From Mobula hypostoma (Eukaryota), in assembly GCF_963921235.1 (NCBI RefSeq), contig NC_086097.1, positions 79,672,001 to 79,736,000 of the forward strand: a stretch of 64,000 bases of DNA, given 5' to 3'. Of the stretch, positions 14,121-28,167 are shown piece by piece; positions within the stretch are counted from its first letter, which is position 1; the number at the start of each line of letters is the position of its first letter. The notes beneath the pieces were generated by a model that made no database searches, had not been told where the DNA came from, and saw only the letters and a program-made list of their open reading frames with translations. The position numbers and the translations under genes were made by a program.

Positions 14121-15065
14121 AGTATTAATACTTCAACTACTTTTAATTTTTTTTTCAAAAAGTATATGCCATGCTTCAGTATACTAAGTCTTTCAGTTAA
14201 GTTGTGTACAAAAGGAGCAGCACAGAAAAGAAAACCTGATGAATTTTAAAGTAGTGTGGAAACAGAGCCATGTGATTTTAAAGAAACGTGGAAATGATTT
14301 TGCAACGAGTTTAAAATGAATGTGAGGACAGTGCTCCAATGAATTTAAAAGAAGCATGAAAACAAGGCTCAGGCGAAGTTATATGAAAAATAGGAATATG
14401 CCCTCAATGAGTATAAAAGATGAGTGGGAACAAGGATTGAGTGAGTTTTTAAGGATTGTGAAAATGAAGCATTGGTGAGTTTAAGGAGTGTGTAGTAACA
14501 GAGCCTCCAGTAAGTTAATAATAAGTGCTTGATATAGGGTTGATTAGGAGCATGTGAGAAGGTGACCCAAGTTTAAAGAGAGCATGGAAAACATCATTCA
14601 GTGAGCCAAATGCCAAAACACCTAGATTTCTGAATAATCATACAACAGATTATCATGGTTTAATCAGGCAAGAAGAAAGATTTTTAATTTATGCAGTGAG
14701 TTTTGCAATCTAACAATGTTCTCTGTAGCCAGTGAACTAATTCTATGGGGGCAGTCAATATGCACACATCAGGATCCTATATGCAGAAATGTGATTAAGA
14801 ACAAATAATTTGCATTAATGAAACTGGTTACAAAATGGAAATGCAAAAAAATAATAATTCTGCAGCAATATTTTGAAGTATTCTTCTGCCATATGAGGGT
14901 GTTCTTGCAAATGCTGCCATCCCTAATTGTTCCTAACCTGAGGAAGTTATCAAGCACATTTGTAGATCTCACAGAGACCAAATTGGGTAAGGATGTGAAA
15001 TTTTCCTTCCTGAAGGGCACATGAATTTAAACAATGATCCGGTGGCTTCAGAGTTAGCATTACAT

Positions 15066-15402
15066 TGAATTGAATTGACTTTATTACTTACATCCTTCAT
15101 ATACATGAGCAGTAAAAATCTTTACATTATGTCTCCCTCTAAATGCGGAATGTGCAATTTATAGTAAATAGCATGTACAACAGTACAGTCAATATAGCAT
15201 AGAAATACAGTTGTGTCAGCATGAATTAAGCAGTTTGATGGCCTGGTGGGAGAAGCTGTCCTGGAGCCTGTTGATCCTGGCTTTTATGCTGCGGTACCGT
15301 TTCCTAGATGGTAGCAGCTGGAACAATTTGTGGTTGGGGTGACTCGGGTCCCCAATGATCCTTTGGGCCCTTTTTACACACCTGTCTTTGTAAATGTCCT
15401 GA
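15066..15402 (-). mobile_element. Rex1/Babar-like LINE 3' fragment
   Basis: Minus strand encodes IIGDPSHPNHKLFQLLPSRKRYRSIKARINRL, with a short (ATTCA)n tail at 15066-15080. Confidence 0.7.
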
Positions 15403-15575
15403 CTAGTATGCCAGCTTTTTAAAATACTATATTTAATTAATCATTTAAAATTCTCCAGCTATCAAAACCTATGTCTCTGGGTTAATAGTACTGACATCTG
15501 GTTTCTAATCTAGTAATGTGCTGAATGTGAAGAATAGCACAGAGTACTGAATCCCAATACACTGCATCATTGAAC

Positions 15576-15901
15576 TGTGGCTAGCATTTGGTCCACGATG
15601 ACAGACGAGGAAGCTCATTGAACTCAACGACCATTTTATTGTGATAAACACAAAACAGACCAGGCACCATGACCCGGAGAGTGAACCCAACCAGTCTTAC
15701 CAGATGGGGGAGGTGACCATCACACACCTCGGTTACAGTCAGAGTGACCCACAAATACACAAGCGAATAACTGTATAATCCAAGCTAAAATATAACAATA
15801 AATCAACTGGAACTTCCCACCATAATCCCACAAAAGCATTTTAACACAAGAACAATAAACACTACTGGTCATTAGACCACGCCCCTCCCCAGAGTGTCAC
15901 A
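15576..15901 (-). mobile_element. Possible small solo LTR
   Basis: TGTGGC...GTCACA termini, near-TSD GAAC/GGAC, and AATAAA on the minus strand near 15635. Confidence 0.4.
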
Positions 15902-16451
15902 GGACAAAGGATACAAGATACTCTCCAAGTCCTTAGTCTTAATTGTGGTAGTTATGTATCATGATGGACAACGTGCTCAAATAAAGGAAATGAGAGAGTA
16001 TCTTAAAGCTTGAGCTCTTTCAATCACCTTCAAGCTGCTACTTTAATCAGGTGGAAGCTTGGGTGTTTAATCTTTTGACAAGTTTTTAATAATATTAAGC
16101 CGAAGCTTAAAAAATGTAAATACACTATTGTGGAAACACAAAGACAAAAAGTGAAGTCATCTAGGTTAGTCACTAAGTCATTTGTGCTTAACATTACAAC
16201 CCAAAACCTTGAGACATCATTTAATTTCTCAATTAATCAATTAGATTGCTCAGTTAAATTTCCCAGAGGAAATAACTGTCTTTTCATTTGCTTTGTGAGG
16301 AAAGGGTATAAAGCCCAAATACAAACTTGAGTCCATAACATAAGAAGTCTTTGGAATTTTCCATCCTTGCCTGATCTGTTGTTATTCACATTTGCATGAT
16401 TATTATTTGCAGAGAACTATAGTCAAATTAAATATGACATATGCTATCTTA

Positions 16452-16547
<96 letters not shown>

Positions 16548-19500
16548 CTAAAATTAGAAAAAAGTACAAAAATATCAAAAATCGATATCAAATTAAGCTT
16601 TTGATTGCAAAGAGCTATTCTCCCCCACTATCATCTACTATCCTCAACAAATTTAATATTCACTTTCCATTCAGTAAACCTTATTTTATATACACAAAGT
16701 GAAAAGATTGCTCATCTGAAAAAGACAAAATACTGTGATTGCAGAGGATCTGAAACACAAACAGAACAAAGTGGAAACAGTCAGCAAGTCAGGGCGCATC
16801 TGTGAAGAGAACAGACAAATTGAAAGCAGGAAAATGTCATCAGTGATAAGATGTTAAACAGGAACAAAATACGGGGAAGATAGCATGCCCTAAAAATGCT
16901 AATCAACAAACCCATCAGCATAACCAAGACCATCACAGAAACATCCTCTTCTATTAATTCTTTAGTCTTTTGGGATTAAAAACTACATTATTCTTAAAAA
17001 AATTAATGTAAATTTGATATCAGCTTGACATTTTAATTGTCCAATATTCTAACCAACTTTCTATTTCTGTTGTTAAATTCAGTTTATTTGACAAAAAGTG
17101 CAAGCTTGAAGTATCAATTTGTCTGTTCTCCCTGAAGATGTAAGTCATGGCAAGTGTGTAGTGTTAGCAAAAAGTACAAGCAAAAAAGCATGCAGAGCCA
17201 AAAAGCACATATAGACTTGTGTCCAAATGTTTCCAGCATTTTCTGATTTGGTGCAAAACAGAAAAATATTAAAGAAGTATATCATTAAGATCAGGCTTAT
17301 ACAAGTTCAAACTGAAACCAAATGTATCTATTAAATGCTGGGTTCCAACCTATACTAATGGAACTCTGCCATAAATCTTCAGCGCTCCTCAAAGCTGTGC
17401 ACAATTAGGCATACAAAATCAAAATACCCAACTTTGAAACTGATAGTTGATGTGTAATATGTGTTATAAAGTCTGTGTTTATAAAGAAAGATATGAAATT
17501 CATTTTGTACCTAACTATGCTGCACAAACCAAGGATGTTTGCCTAATGTGTGCCTAAAGGAAATCACCAGCATTCATCATCTTGGTGAAGTCAAATCAAT
17601 TCATTCCTGTACACACAAAAAAGATGTACCATACTGAAAGCAAAATGTTTTCAGCCACAGATATAATAATAACTATAGAAAAATAGACTATGAATTATTA
17701 GTTGGTAATAGCAGTTAATTAGCTACAGAAAAGTGCTTTTACAAAATGCACAAATTCAAAAATAGATATGAAGTTTCAAATGAAATTCTCAAGATTAAAC
17801 TTGGAGTAGATATACTTCTTTGCAGAGGAATTGCTCTCCATTTGTAATTCACTTTCACACTGAATTGTAGGAGAAACTCTTTACTTCCATTGTGGTGGTG
17901 CCAAATCCATTGACTATCACTCCAAAATAAATATCAATAAATCCAATCAGGAATTCAGCTGAACCTTCATGGAGGTGCAATTGTGAAATGCATTATAACA
18001 TGGAATGTCCATGATGAATAGGTATATTTAAAGGGAAGAAACGAAAGTACATAAATGAGGAGAAGAAAGAATTGTGCATGGGGTGAAAAGAAAACAAGTT
18101 AGGTGAAAGCTCATGAAGAGCATTAACACTACTACACAGCTTGGTTGAATGCTTGTATCCATACTGTGAAAATATTATGAAATCCTCAGAAATAAAAGCA
18201 GAATGAAAATACACAGTGGAATTATAAAATGGATGTTTATCGAGGACATCAGCAAGGCACAATTTCTCTGCTATCATGCTTTAAAAGTTTAAATTTGAAT
18301 CTGTAAATTTCACAAGGATTTTCATTCTGTAATATGCATACACCCACCACCACAAGGGGATATCCAGAAAAAGACTGCAGGTGCCATACAGCAGCTAAAG
18401 TTCTAATTCTACAAAAGATTAAAAATTAAAATGAACTACAGTACAAAAGCCCATTTTAGCCCCAAAGCCAAAAAAAAATTAAAGGAAAGGGATGAAACTC
18501 AATGGCCAATGATGTCATTATGTAGCATATTGTGCTTTTGTTCATAATTTTAAGCATATCCTTGATACTGGAAAGGAAGCAAATGAAATGTCCTTGAGGG
18601 AATGAAAGATAAGAGCCTTTTCAAAATGGAGAGTGAAAATAGGAGTGATTAATATGTTTAAAGTAATTCTGCTATATTTAAGATAAAAAAGCTACACTTT
18701 TTTCCCAAATATGTGTAAATTGTACCTGTAAAAGCTGAACCTTTGTTTGAAAATACAGGGCAAGATGCTCTCTTCTTTGTTTTGTAACTGTGCTGGTTGT
18801 CTAGTTCATTTGAGAGGAATGAAATAAGTAAGTTTGACTGTGTTGCACGTCATACACAGTGGAAATTTGAACATTTATTTAAAGATGTTCATTAAGAAAG
18901 AGCAAATACGTCTTGTGTTTAAGAAATCAGATTTCAACTGAGGTTGTACAAACCATCCTCATATTTTGTATTACACAAACCCAACTCGTGCTGCACAATG
19001 GCTATAAGAATTACAAACAATAATTAGTAACATACTAACATCTCATCCTGTGGTGTAACAAATCTGTCTACCCACTTTACGTTGTACATGCTAAATTCCA
19101 GATATCTAGGAAAGGTGTCAAAGAGAGTTAAGTGAGGTGAAACTTTTAAGAAGCAGGAAATTGTTTATTGCTGCTCTTATGCACATGGCTAGTGAATTAT
19201 CCATGCTAAAACAAAATGGAAGAAAGAAATTAAAGTAGATCAAAGGAAGCAAAAGAGTTAATGATCTTTGCCCCTCAAGCTGCATTTCTGATTAACTTGT
19301 CATAGGGATTTAAATGGCTCAATTTTTCAAATTTATTAACTTCTTTTGAAAATAACATCTGAAATCTACTGTAATAAACTTGTATATTGACCTTTTGTGA
19401 GTAATTGAATAGCACAAGTAATTCAATAACATCAGCGTCCCTAGAGAAAATTCGCTGTTAAACACCCAAATACCTATCCACAGGAGACAAGAGACTGCAG

Positions 19501-22205
19501 ATGTTGAACCTGAAGCAACACCTAATATGCTGGACCAACTCAGATGGTCAAGCAGTATCTGTGGGGAGTGTAATTGTCAATGTTTTAGAATCTGATACAG
19601 GGTTCCAACCTAAATCTGAACAACTCTGTTTCCCTTTATATGCTGCTCCAATCCTTCAGCAGATTGTTTGTGGTTCTAAATCTTTATCCACACTGTTACA
19701 TTTACAACCTCATGATTCCTATCAAGTTTCAGAAAATTCAACTTTTTAAAAAAAATAGTCCTTACATTTGTGTGTAGGCAGCACTATCTGCCACAACTCA
19801 CTTCATATAAAAAACATTTTTAATCACATTGTCTTCCTTTACCCACGATGAACTGCCCTAATATGGCAGTCATACCTGCTTAATTCCTTGCTGCCGGTAA
19901 GACATTAGATACTGGATGTGCCAGAATTTTTACAGTTGAACACTGAGAAACCTGAAACCACCTGTTCCCACTCTGGTTACTCAGTAATGCTGTATCAGGA
20001 AGGAGAAGCAAGAGACAATTTTTTCCTTCATTCCATTCAAGATTTAGCATGACTTGCTGTGTTCCTCTTGCAGATTGTTTGTTAAGACAGGGAGGAGACT
20101 GGATTTTATACAGGGAAGCATATTCCATAAAATAATCCTCGGAAGCATGGGCTGAGACTATCACAATTATGTTTTCCAGAGAACCTAGAATGGGAAACAC
20201 AGAACAATGTACAGAATACCAGCGAAAAATGAGTGAAGTTGACATACTGAAAAGGGATTCAAGTTTAAGATAAAAGAGGGTTCAGTTTGGAGCAGGAATA
20301 AAAAAGGCTGAGCACCCAGAAAAACAATGACACTTGAGAATATGGAGCCAAGATAAAGGAATCAATTGCAGCATGGAATTCATGGGAGTTTTAGTAGGAC
20401 ATCAAAGAATTATGGAGACAAGGATCAGGAGGGCCTTGTTATAACAGAGACTAATTCATTAGCACATCAAATCAACACATTATTTTAGCTTACATGCCCA
20501 ACAGCAACAAGCTAAAAATCTATTACTTTAGAACTTAGGTAAATGAGTATATCAAAGTGTCTCCCTAGTCATCATAACTGTTAGCCAGAATGTGTTACTC
20601 AATCCTTTTGTTAAATGAATTTAAATCATGCTTAATAATATGTTAAGTTCAGTGTACTACTATTGAAAAGCAAAAATGTTAAATTACATAGGCCCAAAAA
20701 CAGGCATAAAGCTTGTGACACCATCGCCTGTTATTTCCAAAGCAAGCAACAAGCTTCTTAGTCATGCACATTATTGTTACTTGCAACCAGTCAAATTGTA
20801 CTATTCAATGACTTGTTGTCGTAATAAGGACCTAATTTTGTGGGTGGCTGGCATCACTTGAAGCTCACCACCACTAATTAAAAACAGCCTGTATGGTGGC
20901 TACGGTGGTGTTGATAGACAATCTGGAATTCATTCAAATCTGTGGGATTTTTCAAGATGATTCAATACATTTCTCGCACGATACTGGATGCTTTGGTGGA
21001 GGAGGTACAGAGTAGGCGAAATGCCTGATTCCTCCCCCCACCACCCCCATGAGTCAGGAGGTCCCCCTGATAATTATTGCAAAGGCAGAGAGGGCAGAAA
21101 GTAGTGGAACTCAACGCCTGAACACACAAATTCAGTGCTGCATAATATTCAAAGGTTTCATGTGTCTCATGGCCAGTGAATGCATCTTCCAGTCTATTTT
21201 CTAATTATGGAATTAGCCTTATGTACTGCACCTTATCTCCAACTACTAGATAACCAGAATTGTACCTAAAATTTATAGCCTCCACTACACTATCACTTTT
21301 CACTGTAGCCAGTCTCACATCAACATCTCATATATTGCCAACCATCCAATTACATCAAATATCTCATTGAATCCACCAGAACTATAGATACTATTTTGGT
21401 CTTTACATCAAATAGCAGACAGGTAAATACAGTAAACACATTGAAAGTATTCCATCATAAACATTACCTAAAAAGACCCACAGGCACAAATCTAAACCAC
21501 GGAAGACCTAAAGTTTAATTTTCTGCTTTGGTCGAATTCAAATTGTACCATAAACATTCTGTGGCACCTCATGGATATTACAGGAACTTCAGCGAACCTT
21601 TGCTTTAAAAATGCAACTGAGAGCGTTCGTATAAGGAACAGCTAAAGAGACAACAAATCATGTTAAGAGTGGAATGGGGTCATAATGGAGAATATAAAAA
21701 CAAACTTCTGGAAACACTCCGCTGGTCAGGCAAGATCTGTGAAAAGAGAAACAGTTAAAGTTTCAGTTTCAAGACTCTTCGTCAATGAGGCAGAGAGATG
21801 CAGATGGCCAGTACTGAGACACAGAGCAGATAAAAAGGTGGCTTGAAAGAGCAGGAGGCAGGAGACAGCAAGAGCAGAACAACAAAATGATGGATGGTAC
21901 TGAGACAGTGGGAAACAGGGAGAGTTGGGTTAAATGGAGTTGTACAAGGATTAAGAGGGAGAGGGAGAAAGAGAAGAGGGTGAGAAAGAGAGAGGGGGAA
22001 AGATTAGACAGTGAAGTTTGTGTTGAAAGATGTAGCCATAAAATATAAAGACTGTGAAGAGATAAAAGTTAAGACTTGGAAAAAGGACGAGGCAGCAATA
22101 GCAAGAAGAACAGTTTAGGTTAGAAAATGTTTGACTGAAAATTGAAAAAAAAGTTTGACAGAAAATAACATATCAGTTTAGCTAAAGAACAGGAAAACAC
22201 AGTGC

Positions 22206-23789
22206 TGTCATGGTCCGGATCGGGGTCCCCTTAAATTTACCTTGTTTATGTTACGATCCGGACCGTTGATTCCCTGTTTTCCCGTGTCCCTCGGCTTTGG
22301 TGATTAGAGGCAATTAACGCTCGGCTGAACCGGTAGTTTATAGTCTCCGGCTTTCAGCCGTTTGGGGGGGGATCGTCTGCAAAATCATCAAAGGTACGGT
22401 GTGCCGATGTCATCTGGCCGAAGCAAGCCTAGTCTCTGCCGAAGCCAGTGCTAGTAATGTGCCCTTCCTCACTGGAGCAACCCTGTCCAGTTACCTCGCC
22501 GAAGCTTCCTCATCAAGGTGGGTCCGTCAGTTAACCCGCCGGAGAGAATCAGGAGCCGCTGTCTACTGTTCCTGGGCCGAGTCTAGAGCTCGCCACTACC
22601 CGGAGGTTCCAAGTACCACGTCCTGGCTCTGGTGGCATCCAAGTACTACGTCCAAGTCAAGTCCTGGCCCTGGCGGCATCCGACTACCAAGTCAAGTCCT
22701 GGCCCTGGCGGTCTGTGATTCCTGTCCTACCTCCCTGTCTGAATCCCTTCTCTGCCCCTCTCGCCTCTAGCCCTCGTCTGTAGCCCTCGCCTGCACCTCG
22801 GCCTAGTTCTATCGCTGGAGCTAGATAGGAACTGTGTTGTTCTTTGGTGTTTGTCTTGTCTTGTCCTCGCCTCCATGGGGTAAGTCAGGCCGTCTTGCCA
22901 TTGCCCCACGGAGGGGGGGGGGTCATGTCTTGTCTGGTCCTCGTCTCCGTGGGGTAAGTCTGGCCGTCCTGCCGTTGCCCCGCAGGGGGTCATGTCTTGT
23001 CTTGTCTTGTCCTCGCCTCCGTGGGGTAAGTCTGTCCGTCCTGCCGTTGCCCCGCGGGGGGTCATGTCTTGTCTTGTCCTGTCCTCGCCTCCGTAGGGTA
23101 AGTCTGGCCGTCTTGCCATTGCCCCGTGGGGGGTCATGTCTTGTCTTGTCTGGTCCTCACCTCCGTGGGGTAAGTCTGGCTGTCTTGCCGTTGTCCCGCG
23201 GGGGTCATATCTTGTCTTGTCTTGTCCTCGCCTCCGTGGGGTAAGTCAGGCCATCTTGCCGTTGCCTCGTGGAGGGTCATGGGTCCCGGCCCTATGTCCT
23301 GTACCCAAGGAGGGGTCCCGGCTCTCTGTTCTGTGTGTGAGTCCTGGCCCTATGTCCTGTTCCCAAGGAGGGGTCCCGGCTTTGTATTCTGTGTATGTGT
23401 CCATGGTTACATGTACCTGCTCTCCCGAGACCGAGGCTCTGTGTTCCCATGTTCCCCCTCTCCCTCGCCCATGTCATGTCCTTACCTGGTTCTGGGGTCC
23501 GAGCCAGAGGCAAGACCCAGGTACTGGGTCCTTGCTGAGTCTCTGGCTCGGAGTCCATACCCTAGCCTCTTCACGTCTCCTCTAGTTCTGGGATCCAATT
23601 CCGAGTCCTAGCCCAGCCCCCTAGTCCCAGCCTAGTAGTAGTCCTGAGTCCTCGTCCAGTTCGCTACCCCTGCTCCTGCCTAGCTCACCTGGTATCGAAC
23701 AATAAACTAAGTCTAAGTAACCCTACAAGATACAAGATGTGTCTTGCATTTGGGTCCACCCTTGCTCCCAATGCCCCACCATTGTGACA
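22206..23789 (+). mobile_element. Solo LTR (1584 bp) of an LTR retrotransposon
   Basis: TGTCA...TGACA termini and a perfect 5-bp TSD AGTGC (22201-22205 and 23790-23794). TATA-like motif near 22338, AATAAA at 23701; GC-rich relative to the flanks. Confidence 0.85.
22850..23280 (+). repeat. Tandem array of six units of about 72 bp inside the solo LTR
   Basis: Unit is approximately gtcatgtcttgtcttgtcttgtcctcgcctccgtggggtaagtctggccgtcctgccgttgccccgcggggg; it produces the repetitive ORFs on both strands. Confidence 0.95.
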
Positions 23790-24228
23790 AGTGCACTTTA
23801 TATCATGTGGTTGTTTGAGTTACTGTCACTTTCCTATAAGCTTGACCAGTGTGGTCAGCCTCCTCTGATTTCTCTCAATAACAAGGCATTTTCACCCACA
23901 GATCTGCCACTTACTGACTGTTTTTTACTTTTTGAACCATTCTCTATAAACTTTAGAGATTGCTGTGAATGAAAATCCTAGGAGATCAGCAGTTTCTGAA
24001 ACACTCAAAGTACCTGTATTCTATCTGTTACCAACAATTATTCCATGGTCAAAGTCACTTAGATCACGTTTTTCCCATTCTGATGTTTTGTCTGAACAAT
24101 AACTGAACCTCATGATATGTCTGCATGTTTTTATACATTGGAGTTGCTGCCACGATTGACTGATTAGATATTTGCATTAAAGAACAGGTGTACAGGTATA
24201 CTTAATAAAGTAAGCACAGAGTGCATAT
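23790..24228. mobile_element. Degenerate non-autonomous Tc1-like element whose left end is split by the solo LTR
   Basis: Reads cacagtgc|actttat at the left and taataaagtaagcacagagtg at the right. Both resemble the TIR fragment cactcagtggccactttattaggtaca at 13369-13395. Confidence 0.5.
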
Positions 24229-25009
24229 ATTCTAGAGAAACAAGTTAAAACAAAACAAATATCAGATGACCAAGAATTTTATTAAAAAGTAGAAATAAAA
24301 TGTACAAATGAAAAAAATTTGAAAGGAATGGCACAACTGGTAGTGCAGTATGTGGGCATCAGTGGAGACCAATGTGATCCCAAACAATCACATCTACTGT
24401 TTGCATCCGCATCTTTAGAAACTTGAATCAATAATGCTCAGCTGAATAACTAACTTTTGGCACTGCAATAAAACAGAGGGGAAGAGTTAACAAGACATCT
24501 TGATCTAAGAGGCAATCACATCCTCTAGATGTGATCAGTTATCATTAACAGGAAGATATGAATGTGAGTCAGGTAGAAGTAGAGATCCAGAATGAAATTA
24601 TGTAGCTTTAATTTTTAGCATCCAATATATATGTGGTCCTTGCTGTCTGTAGGGAGAGGAACATTGATTATGCAGATGATAGCAATGTGCTAAAAGAAAC
24701 CATTTGTACATGTGTGAGTTGTGTGTGCCGTGTATTGGACTGGGACAAAGGATAGAGGGTGAAAGAAACAAGTAAATAATAGTTGTTAGATTATGTCTAA
24801 TCAACAGGATAGATCCAATATGGTTCTATAGCAGGCTGTGTTGCCTGTTTACTGCCAGAGTTAAAGAAACTACCATATGGATGGAATAGAACTTGTGAAG
24901 TAAGGAACTTGTCGGGATCCAAACATTAACAAACACCACAAAATTAGAAATGAGATTCTGCTGAGTGTCTAAAGATTGGTGGATGAAAATAAAATCAAAC
25001 CTTGCTTTC

Positions 25010-25400
25010 TCTCTTTTCTTATGCAGCCTGTGTCAAAGTGTTTCTTTCTCCACTCATGCAGTTTGCCCTGCATTGTTTCTCTTTTCACTGATGCAGCCTG
25101 TCCTGCATTGCTTCTCTCCACTTATGTGGCCTGCATTTGCACAGTTTGTTGTTCATTGATCCTGTTTACAATCACCGTTCTATTGATTTGTCAAGTATGC
25201 CTGCAGGATAAAGAATCTCAGGGTTGTATCAACTCTGATAATAATTTTTACTTTGAACTGTCCTGTACTGATTCTCCTTTCACTGATACAGCCTCTCCTG
25301 CATTGTTTCTTTCTCCTCTCACGTAGCCTGTCCTGCACTATTCTCTCCATTTATGCAACTTAATATGGCCTAATTCCCTTTTTATTCATGCAGCCAGACG
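25010..25400 (+). repeat. Degenerate tandem repeat of about 33 bp, interrupted at about 25140-25260
   Basis: Recurring tgcagcctgtcctgcattgtttctctccact(g/c)a units. Confidence 0.7.
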
Positions 25401-26559
25401 TAAAATGTTCTAATCTTTTCTGATGCTAAGCTATTCCCAGAGATTTCTGTTCACATTTGAAATTTATTAGTCCCATCCACTGAAATTCAGGAGATCTATG
25501 AGATATAAAAGTGAGAATAAGATAGTTTCCATTGAAGTATCTAAATCATAGTTTTAAATCCCTTTTTGCTTCCATCTTTTAAATGTTACTGATATTCATG
25601 GGAATCTTAGTTAGAAATTAAACTGTCATATTTCAATACAGAGAAACTGCAGAACCATTCACAATTCTTGTCTGTGAATGATGTTGACCAACCTCAGGCT
25701 TATGTCAGGATCCTATGGAAAATCCTGGCAATTCTGGACAATGTTTCTCACCGTCTGCATGTTACCTTGGCTGAACAGAAGAGCACTTGTAGTAATAGAA
25801 TAAAACTGCGTTGCTCCAAAGAGTGTTATATGAGGTCATTCTTACCTTCGACTACTAGGCTCTATAATGAGTCAACCTATAGCTGGAGAAGTGATGATCC
25901 CTCCTATTAGACTGTTTGAGGTAACCTATTTTTTTCTTTCTTACTTCTCTTCTAATATTTGTATATCTGTGAACTTGGAATGCTTCTGTGACACTAATTT
26001 TCTTTGGGATCAATGAAGTATCTATCTACCTTATGTAATGGAATTTATACAGTATGCTTTCATGTTCTTTCCCACCGCATTCCCTCATAATTATTCCAAG
26101 AACTATTTTGCTCTAATTTGAATAAAATTATCAATTCAAGATTGGTAACCACTGTGCTAGAAAATTGGAGCAACATTGATGTTGATGAACACTTAAAATT
26201 ACTAAGATTTTTCCAACTTCCTGTAAGATCATAGATCAATCACTTTACTTCATTTTCTTAGTTAATCAGAAGTTGGGGTCTTTATTATTACAATTGATTC
26301 TAGTCTGGCACAAAACATAACAAAAGTTCTAGGTACTAAAGATGGAATAATTTAGGTTTTTTTCAACAGGTTTGCACTGGAGTTTCCAAGGTTTTTTTTA
26401 TGGCGCAGGGACATGTTCAGGAGTTCAGGTTGACAAGTTCAATCATGCTGGTAGCCAACCTGTTAGAAATTATATTCTAAGGAACAGTAACAGGTATTGG
26501 AGAAGTTCAAGGCAAATAGTGCAAGTCAAACGCAATGGATTTTTTTCAATGAGAGAAGA

Positions 26560-27000
26560 TAACAAATTGATAAAATAAGTGCAGTAGATCCTTATATGGA
26601 TTTTCAGAAGACATTTCACAAAGTCCTACATAAAAGGCTGAAGCCCACAGAACAAATGGAGTGGTAAGAGGCTGAAACAAAAATAGCTGATGTCAAGGTG
26701 AACATATGAGTTTCAGAGTGGATGATGGTAGTGTGGGGTTGTCCATGGCGCAGTGCTAAAACTTAGGCTTTTTTAAATTAGGATATGGATACGGAGGATA
26801 AAATTCCAAATTTTGTACACTACCCTGTGTTCAATGGTCTGGTTACAGTGAGGAAGAAATAATGGAATTCAAAGGAGCATAAGCAGCTGGAAGAATGGGG
26901 ACAGGCAAGTGGCAAATTAAATTTTGTATGGAGCTAGTTTCGCAGACAAAGGAGAGAGAATCTTATGTTCACCAAAGGTGTAGAAGAATAGAAGAACCAA
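26560..27000 (+). mobile_element. Highly degenerate CR1 RT fragment
   Basis: Contains tatatggattttcagaagacatttcacaaagt (YMDFQK.F.KV), matching the YLDFQKAFDK motif of the other CR1 copies. Confidence 0.5.
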
Positions 27001-27299
27001 AGTACGTGTGTGCATAAATATATAAAAGCATGATGACTTAATGGAGGAGCAGAATAGGAACTTAATAAGAAGACACAGAAGATTTCAATGCTGGCATTTG
27101 AAGCAACAAACGATCATTTGAAGGAACTCAATGTGTCTAGTAACCCTGCACTGGAACTGAGAACGGAGAGGGTAAGTATGGGGGCGGGGGGGGGGGCGGC
27201 ATGCTTGATTCATGAAGTTCCTCTAGCAGATTGTTAGGAATTAAATAAGGCACTAATTCAGCCACAACTGCAGTGTCTTGTCAACTTATTCGAAACAAA

Positions 27300-28167
27300 C
27301 TATAAGGATGAAAGGTCTTAGAGAGGCTAACCAGCTGGCTGAAGTTCTGACAGGTACTTACAACCTTTTGCTGTACCAGGCTATGGTTCTGGCATGCTTC
27401 GAAGCAGCAAATGTCATACCAATCCTGAAAACATTAGCTTTAACATGTCTTAATAACTACAGACCGGTGGCACTCACTCTCATAGTTGCCTAGTACTTGG
27501 AAAGATTGGTCATGCCCCACATCAAGGACGTAATCCTAGCTACCTCGGACCAGCACCAGTTTGCCTAAAGTTGAATAGATCAACTGAAGACGCCATTTCT
27601 ATTATCCTTCATATCTTGGAACACCTGGAGCACAAAGACACCTACATAAGGACACTTTTCATTGATTACAGCTCGGCTTTTAACCCCATACTACCAAACT
27701 AGCTGACTGCCAAGCTCCACAATATAGTTCTTGGCACATCAACCTATAATTGGATCTTGGACTTCTTCACTAATCATATCCAGACAGTGAAACTAGGCAA
27801 AAGCTCATTAACCCCCTCCCCCAACAACCCTCAACTCTCATGCCCCACAGGGATGTGTACTGAACTCAATTCTCTATTCACCCTTCACCTCTGACTGAAC
27901 TCCTGCTCATGCTACAAACTTCATCATCAAATTTTCACATGACACAACTGTGATTGGCCTAATCACAAAACAATAATGAATTTGCATATAGAGAGGAGGC
28001 GCTGAAACTGTCTGATTGGTACAGGAACCACAACCTATCATTCAACATCAAGAAGACAAAAGAAATGATTATTGACTTCAGGAAGGCAAGAGGTCCCAAA
28101 GAAGCACCACTATTTATAAATAGTGTAGTGGAAAGGGTCTCCAGTTTTAAGTTTTTGGGGATGAACA
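27300..28167 (+). mobile_element. Decayed Rex1/Babar-like LINE RT fragment
   Basis: LNNYRPVALT, LFIDYSSAF, PQGCVL and KTKEMIIDFRK motifs with stops. Confidence 0.75.

Noticed and set aside
22727..23611. Several overlapping 88-149 aa ORFs on both strands, and a superficially CRISPR-like array
   Set aside because: They are by-products of a GC-rich tandem repeat in an LTR. The units have no unique spacers and the context is a vertebrate intron with no cas genes.
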